A stretch of DNA of 64,000 bases from Cenarchaeum sp. (GCA_963693095.2 OY843768.1:1728001-1792000); one strand, 5' to 3'; counted from the stretch's first letter, positions 10,326-22,312 are shown. The notes: generated from the letters alone by a model not told the origin. Program-made: numbers and translations.

Positions 10326-10640
10326 ATGAAGTTCTGCCCAAAGTGCGATGTTCGGCTCAAAAAGGGTGCAGGCGGACTAGAGTGCCCAAAGTGCGGCCAC
10401 GTGGATCATGATGCGCCCCCCGAGCCCGAGCCTGGCCCGTCGCTCTCCTCGCAGTCAACATTCAAGGTTCTCGACGAGCCTGACGCGCCGGACACCGAGT
10501 CGACGATCGAAAAAGAGTGCGACAAGTGCGGCAACGGCGAGGCAGTCTGGTGGATGCTCCAGACGCGCAGCGCAGACGAGCCGACGACGCAGTTTTACCG
10601 CTGCACAAAGTGCGGCTATACGTGGCGCGACTATTCATAG
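10326..10640 (+). CDS. tfs: Transcription factor S
   Basis: MKFCPKC Zn ribbon plus C-terminal QTRSADEPTTQFYRCTKC. Confidence 0.95.
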   Translation: MKFCPKCDVRLKKGAGGLECPKCGHVDHDAPPEPEPGPSLSSQSTFKVLDEPDAPDTESTIEKECDKCGNGEAVWWMLQTRSADEPTTQFYRCTKCGYTWRDYS

Positions 10641-10643
10641 GGA

Positions 10644-11345
10644 CTAGGGCGTTATCGTTACGGTGACTGATCTTGTCGCGGGATCGGATCCCGCGGCTGC
10701 CATCACAGCGAACGTGTGATCACCTGTTGTTGCCGACGCGTGTGTCGCGTCGACAGTTATTGTTGCCCTGTTAATACCCGTGTTCTGCACGGTTACAAAG
10801 TCCGGTTGGCCGGAGAGGAGTATTATCGCAAAAAGCCTCCGCAACGGCCACGTCAGAAAGGGCTGCGTGTCTGAGCATAAGGCCCAACTCGCCTGACATC
10901 ACCATCGAGGGGGCAGACCCGGAATCTCCCGTCATGGCAACGCCCGTGGCCGTTACCTCATCAACGGCCGGTCAGTCGCCCTCATGACTTCAGGGGCGCA
11001 CTCGGAGAGCATCACGCGCGTTGTCGCCGAACTGCCAGCTTGCGCTCTGTTCGTCGGTGGCATCGTGCTTATTCTGGAGATTAACGACTCTGCGCCATCG
11101 GTGAACGGCCCTGGGCTAGTTAGCGCGTCTAGCGCAGTTATCGCATGGCACGATGGCCCTGGCCTGCGTCGATCTCCTCAAGCCATGACTCGGCGTAGCC
11201 CCGCTGGCCATCTCCACGTCGAGCTCTGCGGCCAGGCGTGGGGCGCGGCTTCGCGTCCGGCCCCGCCCATGGACAGGGCTGCCTCGATCGTGTCACTGAC
11301 ACCCTCCCAGGACGCGCCGGGGCCGGACTTGGAGAGCATCGCTGC
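10644..11345 (-). pseudogene. Decayed inverted copy of the C-terminal ~300 aa of the giant protein (792..7511)
   Basis: Fragments in different frames match residues encoded at ~6570..7511: KSGPGASWEGVSDTI vs KSGTNAQWARAGDTI; SSATTRVMLSE vs SATTTRVTLSE; LLSGQPDFVTVQNTGIN...ITP vs LLSGQPDFVTVQNTGIN...VTS. Confidence 0.8.
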
Positions 11346-11460
11346 CATACCTGTCAGCTTGCACGTTTGCAACAATTGGGCCGCATAGCTGCGTTCCCGG
11401 AAATGCCCCAAAAGGCGCGGTAACCTTTAAAACGCCACGTCAGGCGCGTGAGGCCTGAAA

Positions 11461-12204
11461 TTGGCGCTAAAGGCTACTACTGTGGGCGCAGAGGACATAA
11501 AGGCGATAATCTCGGCCGTCTCGACGCTCGTCGAGGAAGCCACGTTCGTGGCAAACTCTGAAGGCATCACGTTTCGCGGGATGGATCCCTCGCACGTCGC
11601 GCTAATCGACATCACGTGGCCAAACTCGGCGTTTGAAAAGTACAGCTGTGACAGCGAGGTGAGGTTTGGCGTAAAGATCGACGAGCTTTCAAAGCTCGTA
11701 AAGCGAGCCGCAAAAAAGGACACGATCGAGATAACGACGGTTGACTCGATGCTCGGCGTAAAGATCGGGACGGCCAAAAAGTACAAGATACGCCTCATCG
11801 AGACATCCGAGAACGAGACGCCGCTGCCCAACATATCGTATGACGCAAAGCTAGCCATGGAGGTCTCCACCTTTGAAAAGACGCTCGGCGACATTGACGT
11901 GCTAGCAGACTATGTCACAATAACGACGGACGGCAAAAAATCCGAGTTTGCCGGCAAGGGCGAGGCCGGCGAGGTGACCGTGGAGGTTGCCGACGGCGAC
12001 GAGGGCGTCCACGAGCTGGGAACAAAGGAAAAGTCATCGGCCACGTACAGCCTCGAGTACCTCCTTCCCATAGTAAAGGCAGTCGGCTCGGCCGCACAGG
12101 ACGTAAAGTGCGAATACTCGACGGCAAAGCCGCTACGCATGGAGTTTCGAGTCTCCAATATAGGCCGCATCCACTTTTACCTTGCCCCGCGCGTTGACAG
12201 TTAA
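11461..12204 (+). CDS. pcn: DNA polymerase sliding clamp PCNA
   Basis: GMDPSHVALI and FYLAPRVD motifs; 247 aa. Confidence 0.96.
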   Translation: MALKATTVGAEDIKAIISAVSTLVEEATFVANSEGITFRGMDPSHVALIDITWPNSAFEKYSCDSEVRFGVKIDELSKLVKRAAKKDTIEITTVDSMLGVKIGTAKKYKIRLIETSENETPLPNISYDAKLAMEVSTFEKTLGDIDVLADYVTITTDGKKSEFAGKGEAGEVTVEVADGDEGVHELGTKEKSSATYSLEYLLPIVKAVGSAAQDVKCEYSTAKPLRMEFRVSNIGRIHFYLAPRVDS

Positions 12205-12240
12205 CGCATTTAAGGACGCGCGATCCCGAGGCGACCCAAC

Positions 12241-13710
12241 ATGAGGCTAGTCATAAAGCACGACGGCGCATCGATCTCCGACGGGCCGCGCATCACGAGG
12301 GCAGCAGCCGCCGTTGCCGCAGCCGCCCGCGCCTCGCGAGCAGCGCCGCAGGGCACGATTGCAGTCTGCTCGGCAGTCGGCACTACGACTGACTCGCTAG
12401 TCGAGCTGGTGAGGCGCGCCGCGCGCGGCGATGCGGCCGGAGCCAACTCTATCGTCGGCGAGATAGCCGAGACGCACAAAAAGATCGCGCGCAGGACGCT
12501 GCCCGACGAGTCGGCTAGGGCACGCCTCATGACTGAGCTCGACTCGGACATTGGCGAGCTCGCCGGCCTGGCCGACGGCGTCACGCGCCTCGGCGACGTG
12601 ACACGGCGATCAACGGACTATCTCCTCTCCTTTGGCGAGCGACTCGCAGTCAAGGTCTTTGCGCACGCGCTCGCCTCGACTGGAACCAGGGCAGTAGCGA
12701 TGACCGGAGGCGAGGCCGGAATACTGACTGACTCGAACTTTGGCGAGGCGCGCCCACTCATGGACACGACGCGCCTACGCGTCGCAAGGGCGCTGGGATC
12801 GCACCTCGGCGAGGGCACGGTTCCGGTCATAGGCGGGTTTGCCGGAGTCGACCAGCACGGCCACACGACGACGCTCGGGAGGGGAGGATCAGACTATACG
12901 GCGACGATCATCGCCACATGCGCGGATGCCGATGAGGTCTGGATGATCAACGAGTCCGGGGGACTGATGAGCGCGGACCCCGAGATCGTGCGCGATGCCG
13001 CACCAGTCGCCTCTGTCTCATACGTCGAGGCCATGGAGATGTCAACGTTTGGGGCCAGGCAGATGCACCCAAAGACATTCGAGCCGCTCATCGGGACGCG
13101 CATACGCATGGTCATAGCGCGGGCAGCATCGGCCGGACAGCCGGCGCGGGCCGGCAGGCGAGGCATCGCGCGGCACGTGGACATGCCCTCGGCAACAGGG
13201 GTGAGTGCGAGCTCGGCGCGAACGATAAAGTGCGCAAGCTCGCTGCGCCACAACGCGCTAATCGACATACGCGGGGGCAGCATGGTCGGCGAGCCGGGAA
13301 CAGCGGCGCGCATATTCGGCGCGCTCGCCGACGAGGGCGTCAACATAATGATGATCTCGCAAAACCCGTCCGAGTCAAGCATCACAGTCGTCGTAAAGAG
13401 GGCCGACCTGGACCGTGCGGTCCACACGCTTGAGATAAACCTCCTTGGAGCCACGATAAAGAGCCTCGACGTGGTTCCAAACGTCGCCATAGTCGCCCTC
13501 GTGGGCTCGGGCATGAAGGGCACGATCGGCGTGGCCGCCAGGGCGCTAGGCGCAGTCTCAAAAAGGCGCGTCAACATACTGATGATCACGCAGGGCTCCT
13601 CGGAGCTAAACCTCGCGTTTGCCGTAAAGGAGGCCGACTCGCGCGCCGCGGTCCGCGCCCTCCATGCCGAGTTTGGCCTCGGGCGCCGTACAGGGGGTGC
13701 TCGAAGATGA
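12241..13710 (+). CDS. lysC: Aspartate kinase with two ACT domains
   Basis: SFGERL, TTLGRGGSDYTA, SADP motifs; ACT segments GVNIMMISQ and ILMITQGSSE. Confidence 0.92.
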   Translation: MRLVIKHDGASISDGPRITRAAAAVAAAARASRAAPQGTIAVCSAVGTTTDSLVELVRRAARGDAAGANSIVGEIAETHKKIARRTLPDESARARLMTELDSDIGELAGLADGVTRLGDVTRRSTDYLLSFGERLAVKVFAHALASTGTRAVAMTGGEAGILTDSNFGEARPLMDTTRLRVARALGSHLGEGTVPVIGGFAGVDQHGHTTTLGRGGSDYTATIIATCADADEVWMINESGGLMSADPEIVRDAAPVASVSYVEAMEMSTFGARQMHPKTFEPLIGTRIRMVIARAASAGQPARAGRRGIARHVDMPSATGVSASSARTIKCASSLRHNALIDIRGGSMVGEPGTAARIFGALADEGVNIMMISQNPSESSITVVVKRADLDRAVHTLEINLLGATIKSLDVVPNVAIVALVGSGMKGTIGVAARALGAVSKRRVNILMITQGSSELNLAFAVKEADSRAAVRALHAEFGLGRRTGGARR

Positions 13711-15461
13711 CGCGAGTCCTGCCCATCATGCTCCTCGCGGCCCTCGCCCTAGCCGGCGCAATGGCTGCCGAGGCCGACGCGCTAGCGGCGCGCAAGCTCC
13801 ACTTTACGTCGACCTATACGTCATACGCCCTTGACGTTCGCGCACAGGGCGATGAGATGGTCGCCATGGTCCTGCCGCCTAGCGCCGGCACCGTGTACGT
13901 GGGCTCGATCACGTACACGGCAAGCTCGCCGCTGCGCATCGTCGTCCTCCACGCCCTAGACGGACCGGCAGCCGGACAGCCGGCATGGGAGATACCGGGC
14001 CAGGACACGTATGCGGCGTCATACCTGGGAGCCAACGCAACATCGGGATCCTTTACGTTCGTCGGCACGTCCGTCATCCTCCACTCCGCAGAGCCAGACG
14101 CGTTCGTCGCGACTGCGAGCGTGGATGCCTTTGCGCGCGGCGCGCCCGCCGAGATCAGGGTTGAGAGGATCGAGGTCATCGAGGCCGAGCAGCCCATCGA
14201 GCTTGTGCGCGCCGAGGTTCCAGTCACGCTGCCGCTCCACGGGGGCATCCTCGATGACGAGCGCGTCCTGTACACGATAACTGACTCTAGTGACGAGGAT
14301 CTCGCCGACGAGCTGACCGAAAAGCAAGAGTGGCCAGTCTCCTTTGCGCCGCCGCTAGCGGCCCTTCTCGAGCCCACAGAGGGCGCCGGAACCCACGAGC
14401 CAAACAGGATTCACGTGTTTCGCAACGGCGTAAAGGGCGAGGGGCTCGAGGGCTACCAGGTGGAGGTCTTTGGCGTCGCCCCTGGTGATGCCGCATACAC
14501 GCCGGCAAGCTCGCTCGTGTACGTCGAGTGGAAGCGCAACCTAAACCCCGAGATTCTCGTCTCTATTGAGGAGATCGAGCAGGCCGTCACGGACTCGCGC
14601 ATCTCCCTAGAGGAGGCCGGCATTGTGCTAAACGTCCCGCAGGTCTCCTGGCCCGGCGGCGCACTCCCCCTTGAGGCGCCCGGCGAGCCAGATGGCGCCG
14701 ACGCCGAGACGGCGCAGGACGACGGCGGCGACGCCGAGACGGGGCAGGATGAAGGCGGCGACGCGCAGGACGGCGACGCGGCGTCTTCTGGCGCCGGAGA
14801 GTCTGGCGAGGAGGCAAGCGAGGATGACGCAGGCGAAGCAGGCGCCAAGGAGGACGTCGAGATGGCCGAGGAGGACGCCGGCGACGCGGACATGAGTGAT
14901 GATGCCAACGGCGCCGGAGAGGCAGTGGCCGACGAGGACTCGGGCGCCAACGGAGAGCCAGACGCCAAGGCCCTGGACATCGACGTGCCAGAGGCATACC
15001 AGGCAAGCGAGGTCAACGTCGAGGAGATGACGGCCACGTTCATCGCGCGGCGCGCGTGGGGGCCTGACGGCCAGACGGTATACCACATCATGGCAGGCGC
15101 CACGCCGTCCGGACCGGCCCGCGTGACTGGCACGGCGGACTCGCACGGAATGCAAAACTATACGGCAACGCCGGCTGTCGCGGACCTTTATTATTTCAGG
15201 GGCGGCCTCAAGGGTGACGGCGCGCTAGGCTCGCAGCCAAGCGTCGCTGGCGTGGCGCCGGGAACCGACGAGTACACGCCGCTCTGGCGCGTGCACGTCG
15301 TAGAGTGGACAGACGAGAATGACGCCGCAATAGTGGAGACGCGCGATGACATTGACCACCTTGTCGCAGACGAGGCCATAACCGTGAGCGCAGCACGGCC
15401 GCTCGGGCATGACCTCGTTGTCAACGCGCCAGTGATAGACCCGTTCTGGTCAAAAGAGTAG
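13707..15461 (+). CDS. Secreted hypothetical protein with two related beta-domains separated by an acidic low-complexity insert
   Basis: Signal peptide; duplicated F.NG.KG.G..G.Q..V.G..PG...YTP motif; D/E/G/A-rich stretch at ~14680..14980. Confidence 0.7.
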   Translation: MTRVLPIMLLAALALAGAMAAEADALAARKLHFTSTYTSYALDVRAQGDEMVAMVLPPSAGTVYVGSITYTASSPLRIVVLHALDGPAAGQPAWEIPGQDTYAASYLGANATSGSFTFVGTSVILHSAEPDAFVATASVDAFARGAPAEIRVERIEVIEAEQPIELVRAEVPVTLPLHGGILDDERVLYTITDSSDEDLADELTEKQEWPVSFAPPLAALLEPTEGAGTHEPNRIHVFRNGVKGEGLEGYQVEVFGVAPGDAAYTPASSLVYVEWKRNLNPEILVSIEEIEQAVTDSRISLEEAGIVLNVPQVSWPGGALPLEAPGEPDGADAETAQDDGGDAETGQDEGGDAQDGDAASSGAGESGEEASEDDAGEAGAKEDVEMAEEDAGDADMSDDANGAGEAVADEDSGANGEPDAKALDIDVPEAYQASEVNVEEMTATFIARRAWGPDGQTVYHIMAGATPSGPARVTGTADSHGMQNYTATPAVADLYYFRGGLKGDGALGSQPSVAGVAPGTDEYTPLWRVHVVEWTDENDAAIVETRDDIDHLVADEAITVSAARPLGHDLVVNAPVIDPFWSKE

Positions 15462-15534
15462 GCGCGTCTTGTATTCTGGATGATTGTAAAAAAAAGCAGG
15501 GGTGTGCGGCAAGCCACACACCCCCAGTTTGGAT

Positions 15535-16347
15535 TTAAGGAACGTGTGCAGAGTATGCTCTGTAATAGATCTCCCCTGCTTGCATCTCGAGGGGCTGCAT
15601 TTGCTCCTCAAAGTCTTCCCATTGTTCGTCAGTCAGTTCTGGCATGCCTAGTCCGGCCGCGTCCATGATCGCCTCGTTCTGCCTGTCAAGCTCGTCTAGC
15701 TTGTCATAGAGCGCGTCGATCTGTGCGTATATGGCGTCGTAGCGGTGCTCTAGCGGCGCAAGCCTCGCGCCAAGCGTGAACTCTTGGACTACGGTGGGTG
15801 CCTGATCGTCAATTCCAAACGATCTGGCTATGTCCTCGGCTTCTGCGGCTATCCTCTCAAGCTCGGCTGCATCCTCTGCGCTCATGCCCGCATTAGAGTC
15901 GCCATAAACCTGGCTCATCCTCTCCTGCTCGGTATCCATGTGCTCGGCGATTGCGCTAATCTGCGCTTCGCTGAGCTGTGGGGGTGCTGCGTCGAACTCG
16001 GCAAGAAGTGCGTCATACCTGGCGTTGAGCACGTCGACATCCTCGGCGTCTGCGTCGCCGTTGGATGCGGCGACGTAACCCGCAAAGATTGGCTCTGCGC
16101 GCTCGAGTAGCCTGCTGGCCTCTTCCTCAGTCAGGCTCGGGACGCTGACCCCGATGCCTTCGAGGACTGCCTCGCGCTCTGACTCGATTGCCTCGATCTC
16201 GGCGAACAACCTGGCCTCCTCGGCCCCGTCGCCCATGTGGTTCCAGCCGCCCATTGCCCATGCGGGCAGGCCGGTGGCGCCTACGGCGACGAGTCCGGCG
16301 ATTGCCAGGACTGCCACAACTGCTGCATTTCTGCGTGTGTGATTCAT
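15535..16347 (-). CDS. Secreted acidic helical-repeat hypothetical protein
   Basis: Signal peptide; repeated [PxLTxEE]...RYDA...G helical units. Confidence 0.7.
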   Translation of the reverse strand: MNHTRRNAAVVAVLAIAGLVAVGATGLPAWAMGGWNHMGDGAEEARLFAEIEAIESEREAVLEGIGVSVPSLTEEEASRLLERAEPIFAGYVAASNGDADAEDVDVLNARYDALLAEFDAAPPQLSEAQISAIAEHMDTEQERMSQVYGDSNAGMSAEDAAELERIAAEAEDIARSFGIDDQAPTVVQEFTLGARLAPLEHRYDAIYAQIDALYDKLDELDRQNEAIMDAAGLGMPELTDEQWEDFEEQMQPLEMQAGEIYYRAYSAHVP

Positions 16348-16613
16348 TGTGTATAGTATAGGAGTACTAGTATATCAATGTGCCCTGCCGCTTGCGGCAT
16401 GGCTGTGCTGGGCCGTTTGGGGGTTCTGGGCGCCCTGGCGAGGCTGGGCGGCCCACCCAAGTCACAAATTTGGCACGGCCTCTGGCCTTTCGCCAACACC
16501 GCCGCTCTTCCCGCCCCGTCAAGTCTTTGGCCGACGTCCGCAGCATTGCTCACCTCTCTCAGTGCTTTAAACGAGGCATCAAGTTCCATGTGGTGCGCTG
16601 CCGGCCTCCACAA

Positions 16614-17249
16614 CTATTTTGCTTCGAAAAATCCTTCACTATTCAATGCATTATGGACATCTTCTATTTCTAGTCTCGAAAACTTACATTTTATGCGTCC
16701 CGCGCTGTCAATCAGCTCTTTCATCGACAAGTCGTGTTTTTTGTGCAAATACACAAGCGTGCTTGCCACTTCCAACCGTTCAACATCGTTGTATCGTCTT
16801 GCAAAATCCAAAAATTTTACTTTTTCTGCCCAGTTTTTGAGACCTTCATCTGACGCGTCTTTTATGTTCTGGATCCGATAATAGTCATTTGCGAGCCCTG
16901 GAGCGTATGGTCCATATACGTAGAGCGTATAGAAATAGTCGAATTTAAGTCCAAAACACTGGTGCGCAAAATACGTGAACTGTTGTATTTTTATTTGCGT
17001 ATCTGGCGCGGCTTTTCGTGGGCTAGCTGGACAGTCAATCAAATCGTTGGAATGGAGCAATTTCAGAAATGGCTCTATGTTGCTGTCTGCCTTTTTGTTT
17101 AGGTATCTGTTATAGAGGTCTTGATTCGACTTGTTGATAGCCGTTGATCTTGTGGCAGTGTTCTGGCTATGATTCTTCGCCCTGGCTGTGTCTTTTGACA
17201 TGGTGCGCAGTGCTACACGTATACGCTCGACTAGGTGCCCGCCAACCAT
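16614..17249 (-). CDS. YwgA/SocA-like (Panacea-type) winged-helix protein, possible antitoxin
   Basis: KIQQFTYF...F.Y.Y.LY.YGPY...L and LEVASTLVYL motifs; AT-rich island; start uncertain. Confidence 0.55.
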   Translation of the reverse strand: MVGGHLVERIRVALRTMSKDTARAKNHSQNTATRSTAINKSNQDLYNRYLNKKADSNIEPFLKLLHSNDLIDCPASPRKAAPDTQIKIQQFTYFAHQCFGLKFDYFYTLYVYGPYAPGLANDYYRIQNIKDASDEGLKNWAEKVKFLDFARRYNDVERLEVASTLVYLHKKHDLSMKELIDSAGRIKCKFSRLEIEDVHNALNSEGFFEAK

Positions 17250-17685
17250 AAAATCGGTTAAAATGCGACATAATTTAAGTATTTAATTAAATCCCAAAAT
17301 ATTCGCGAGTGGCTGTACATAGTCTGGGCAGAACATGGGTTCTTAGCCAGTGACCAACAACCTTGCATATCGCCCATAGGCTCTTTCCTACGACTTAACG
17401 CTAAAAGCACTCGAACCTAAGATGTCTAAACGATGCCAATAGGAGCTTGATGAGCGACGCGGCGTAATCTCACCGAATATCTGTTTAGCATAGGGTTCAT
17501 TACATTCGAGATCGTATGTGGTAATGTATCAGGGCGTGTATTCCCTGACTTCGTGGTGACCTGTATAGAGTTATGATTTCAAGAAGCAATGAGGATCTAT
17601 TATGATTACATCCTCGACCCATCTTCTTCAACACGCAAAAGAATGGCTAGTTCTGAACAATAATTTCTTTATTGGACTTAACTTT

Positions 17686-18312
17686 TTAATTTTTATTTGG
17701 GCTTGACTCATATTTTTCTGATTCAGCTTTGAACAATGTTCCATTTAATGGCATAATCGCCTCAGTTTCCACCAGCTTAAACGATTTTAGATCATTGACA
17801 AATTCATCGAACTTTGCACTTTTCGCAATATACACTTTATCTATGCCCGTCGTCGTTTTATCCTTAATGCGTCGTTGTAATATTCTAGCTTCGGACTCAT
17901 CGTTCATGAGCATATATGACTTGGTGTTTGGAAATATACCTTTAAGTAACCGTCCCTCTAGATCTGCCTGTTTCCATCTTTCGCGTATGCTGGTTTTACA
18001 AGAAATTATTATGGGATATTTTTCTATTGCCCAACCACCTAAATCAATACGATCATTGGGCATACTCCAGAATTTACATTGATAATACAACGTTCCTACA
18101 CCGTGCTGCATTAATGTTTCACAAATAGCATATTCAAAAATTTGGCCATTCAATCTATTTGTGCGTTGTTTTTCTGTGCAATTATGAAGATACGCTTCCC
18201 AAATTGCATCAAATGTCCTGTGGGGCAGTTTGTCTTTTTCTACATTAACTAGCAGTTTTTTATAAATGGTTCCTGTTTTTGGTGACAATATATTTTTTAT
18301 CTGCGAATCCAT
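17686..18312 (-). CDS. Putative type II restriction endonuclease (CCGG-family PD-(D/E)XK)
   Basis: GQIFE...RIDL...SCKTSIRERWKQ resembles the K-T-x-x-R-E-R motif of the Ecl18kI/EcoRII-C family; directly downstream of a C5 MTase. Confidence 0.72.
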   Translation of the reverse strand: MDSQIKNILSPKTGTIYKKLLVNVEKDKLPHRTFDAIWEAYLHNCTEKQRTNRLNGQIFEYAICETLMQHGVGTLYYQCKFWSMPNDRIDLGGWAIEKYPIIISCKTSIRERWKQADLEGRLLKGIFPNTKSYMLMNDESEARILQRRIKDKTTTGIDKVYIAKSAKFDEFVNDLKSFKLVETEAIMPLNGTLFKAESEKYESSPNKN

Positions 18313-18313
18313 T

Positions 18314-19409
<1,096 letters not shown>

Positions 19410-19856
19410 ATTAATCGGAACCCCCGGGGTTTTGGCTTTCTGATCTGGAAAATTTCACCATATTATTTATGCGGCAAATTAGCACACCCGCTCTCGAATT
19501 TTGAACTTTTGCCGCTTTCGAACTACTCGTCTTAAAGTTTGACCTGATCGTCATCGTGCTTACTTTGATTGGGAGCGGCGTCTTGGATCGTGGGCGCATT
19601 ATCCCCACACCAATTTGGGCGATATTTTAACTTTCTACCTATTAATCAGCATAGGTAGCATATTAATGCATAGGAAAACGTACGGAGGCAATTACGCTGC
19701 CTCCGCTTTTTCAAACGTGCAGGCAAACTAAGATTAAAACGCAACCGAACCCGCCCAAACACTGCCTTTCCCTGAACGACACTTTGATCCATACCTGCGG
19801 GAACCAACAAACACATTGGGAATCAATTATATCCAATGCCCTGAGCCGCCCACGCG

Positions 19857-20645
19857 TTGGCAGGCACGCTATACATCGTCGGAGTCGGACCTGGTCACCA
19901 CGACCACATGACCTTTGGCGCAAGGCGCGCAATCGAGCAGAGCGACACGATTGTGGGGTACGAGACGTACGTCAACCTCGTCGCGGACCTCATCGACGGC
20001 AAGGACGTCTACCGCTATGCGATGACACAAGAGGTCGAGCGCGCGCGCCAGTGCATAGAGCTTGCCAGGTCGGGCAGGACAGTCTCACTAGTCTCAAGCG
20101 GCGACCCTGGAATCTACGGCATGGCCGGCCTCATATACGAGACGCTAGTAGAGCAGGGCTGGAAGTCCGGTGACGACCCACACGTCGAGATACTCCCCGG
20201 CGTCTCTGCCCTCAACTCTTGCGCGTCGATCGTCGGCTCGCCGCTAATGACTGACTTTGCCGTGATAAGCATGAGCGACCTCCTCGTCCCGTGGGAGATA
20301 ATACTAAAGCGCGCCGAGGCCGCCGCACGTGGGGACTTTGTGATCGTTATCTACAACCCGTCAAGCAAAAAGCGCATACACCAGCTGCGTGACACGCGCG
20401 AGCTCCTCCTCAAATATAGATCCGCAGACACTCCAGTCGCAATAGTAAAGGGCGCATACCGCGAAAGCGAGTCCGTTGTCCTCACTGACCTGGGATCAAT
20501 GGAGCGCCACGCAGACAAGCTCGGCATGATAAGCACGGTCATCGTGGGCAACTCCTCGACGTACCGTCACGGCGACCTGATGATCAACCCGCGCGGATAC
20601 CGCTCAAAGTACTCGCTAAACCCCGACGCGCCGGCTAGCCCATGA
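19857..20645 (+). CDS. cobJ: Precorrin-3B C17-methyltransferase (CobJ/CbiH)
   Basis: LYIVGVGPG, SSGDPGIYGMAG, DFAVISMSDLLVPW, PRGY motifs. Confidence 0.93.
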   Translation: MAGTLYIVGVGPGHHDHMTFGARRAIEQSDTIVGYETYVNLVADLIDGKDVYRYAMTQEVERARQCIELARSGRTVSLVSSGDPGIYGMAGLIYETLVEQGWKSGDDPHVEILPGVSALNSCASIVGSPLMTDFAVISMSDLLVPWEIILKRAEAAARGDFVIVIYNPSSKKRIHQLRDTRELLLKYRSADTPVAIVKGAYRESESVVLTDLGSMERHADKLGMISTVIVGNSSTYRHGDLMINPRGYRSKYSLNPDAPASP

Positions 20646-21681
20646 TGATCGAGCGCGTCTCGTCATCCACCTTTAGCGCATCGCGAATCGGAGAGACGAT
20701 CCTGACTATGGCCTCGGCAACGCCGGCCTTTAGGTCAGACGGGTGGAGCGCTCCGGACGCATAGTCGGCCTCGAGCTCGGCATACGTCGCATACGAGACA
20801 TTGCCGCCAAACTTTTCGGCGCGCTCCACCTGCAGGCTCGCGCCGTCGCGAAGCACGATGTGGCGCGCAATGGCCAGCGGCGCGTTGCCCTCAGTCACGC
20901 GCGCCTCGCACCACGCGCGCTTTAGCTTTGAGCGTATCGTCTCATCAGGGTCATGCATAAAGATGCCCGAGTCCGGCGAGGACTTTGACATCTTGGCTGC
21001 GGCCCCGCCGCCGCCAGCCGAGCCGCCCGGACCGCCAAGTCCTGGCAGGAGCGCCTGGTGGACAGAGACGGGAACCTTCCAGCCGAGGCGCGGAAAGGCC
21101 TCGCGCACGAGCATGTGTATCTTGCGCTGGTCCATTCCGGCGTGCGCGATGTCGATGTCAAGGGAGTGGATGTCGACTGCCTGCATGGGGGGATAGAGGA
21201 GCTTTGCGAGGTCGACGCTGTCTGACTCTGCCCTGCCCATTATCGTGAGCGTTCTCATCGCGCGCGGCAGGCTCACGTGCCTTGAGAGGCGCGCGACGTC
21301 ATGCCAATAGCCATCAGTCCTAGAATAGAGCTCGCTCCCCGTGACTATCTCGGCGCGCGGGCAGACCAGCGCAAACGCGTCAGCATAATAGCGAGACACG
21401 CGCGATATCGACTCAATGTCACCTCCGAGCTTGTCATTTAGCAGCGTGTGCCAGTCGGCAAGAAAGACGGTGCAGTGGCATCCGGCCGCCGCAAAGTCGT
21501 TTATCTTGTATCCCGTGCTCAGGAGGCTGCCGAGGTGGAGGAATCCGGAGACCTCGAGGCCGATATAGTGGCGCGGCGAGTCGTTCGTCTCTAGGAGCGC
21601 CTCGAGCTCGGCGCGCGTGACTGTCTCCTCGGTTGGCGCGCGCTCGATGAGCGCGAGCCTCTCCTGCACGTCCATGCGCAA
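20635..21681 (-). CDS. tyrS: Tyrosine--tRNA ligase
   Basis: HLGS (HIGH-like), YPPMQAVD, GMDQRKIH and KMSKS motifs. Confidence 0.95.
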   Translation of the reverse strand: MRMDVQERLALIERAPTEETVTRAELEALLETNDSPRHYIGLEVSGFLHLGSLLSTGYKINDFAAAGCHCTVFLADWHTLLNDKLGGDIESISRVSRYYADAFALVCPRAEIVTGSELYSRTDGYWHDVARLSRHVSLPRAMRTLTIMGRAESDSVDLAKLLYPPMQAVDIHSLDIDIAHAGMDQRKIHMLVREAFPRLGWKVPVSVHQALLPGLGGPGGSAGGGGAAAKMSKSSPDSGIFMHDPDETIRSKLKRAWCEARVTEGNAPLAIARHIVLRDGASLQVERAEKFGGNVSYATYAELEADYASGALHPSDLKAGVAEAIVRIVSPIRDALKVDDETRSIIMG

Positions 21682-21708
21682 CGCGCACCAGGGCGTGCGC
21701 CTATAAGC

Positions 21709-22296
21709 CTACCCCGTGGCGGGCTTGCGCGGCCGCGTGCTCAGGTACAGCGCATGGGCCGAGACGATAAACGCCGCGAGAAACGACTTTGTCGCAAATA
21801 TCAGGTTCCACGGCCTGCCGGGATCCGGATACGCGACATATAGCGCGTCAATGTCCGGAACCGTGCCGTTGATGACGCCGGCGGCTATCTTTGCGTTGAG
21901 GACCGTGAATGACCAGAGCGTCTCATACAGGCAGATTGCCGCAAAGCCGACTAGCATGAGCTGCAGGAGCGCCATCCTGCGCCCGCCTATCTTGCCGGAC
22001 ACGGTTCGCCTCCACCCAATCCTCGTCACACAGTACCACCCGATAATCGAGGAGAAGAAGAGCCATGTTGAGAGCTTGGCAAAGTTCTCAAAGGGAACCT
22101 CCGTTGAGACGAGGATCTCGCCGAGCACATAGTAGCCGGTTCGCGCCCACTCGTCGTACATTGCGGCCATCCCGTATATGGCGATCGAGCCCATCATGGC
22201 CATGCAGATGTAAAAGATGACAAGGTATACGGCATATCCGGGATCCCCGCGCTCAAGGTGCTCGCCGGCTGACATCGCGCGTTGCGCCGGCGGCAT
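21709..22296 (-). CDS. Conserved membrane protein
   Basis: About four hydrophobic helices. Confidence 0.7.
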   Translation of the reverse strand: MPPAQRAMSAGEHLERGDPGYAVYLVIFYICMAMMGSIAIYGMAAMYDEWARTGYYVLGEILVSTEVPFENFAKLSTWLFFSSIIGWYCVTRIGWRRTVSGKIGGRRMALLQLMLVGFAAICLYETLWSFTVLNAKIAAGVINGTVPDIDALYVAYPDPGRPWNLIFATKSFLAAFIVSAHALYLSTRPRKPATG

Positions 22297-22312
22297 GGGT
22301 ATAAAGCGGCTT

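Noticed and set aside
14690-14780. ~30-bp tandem repeats in the acidic insert
   Set aside because: In-frame low-complexity linker expansion with no switch potential.
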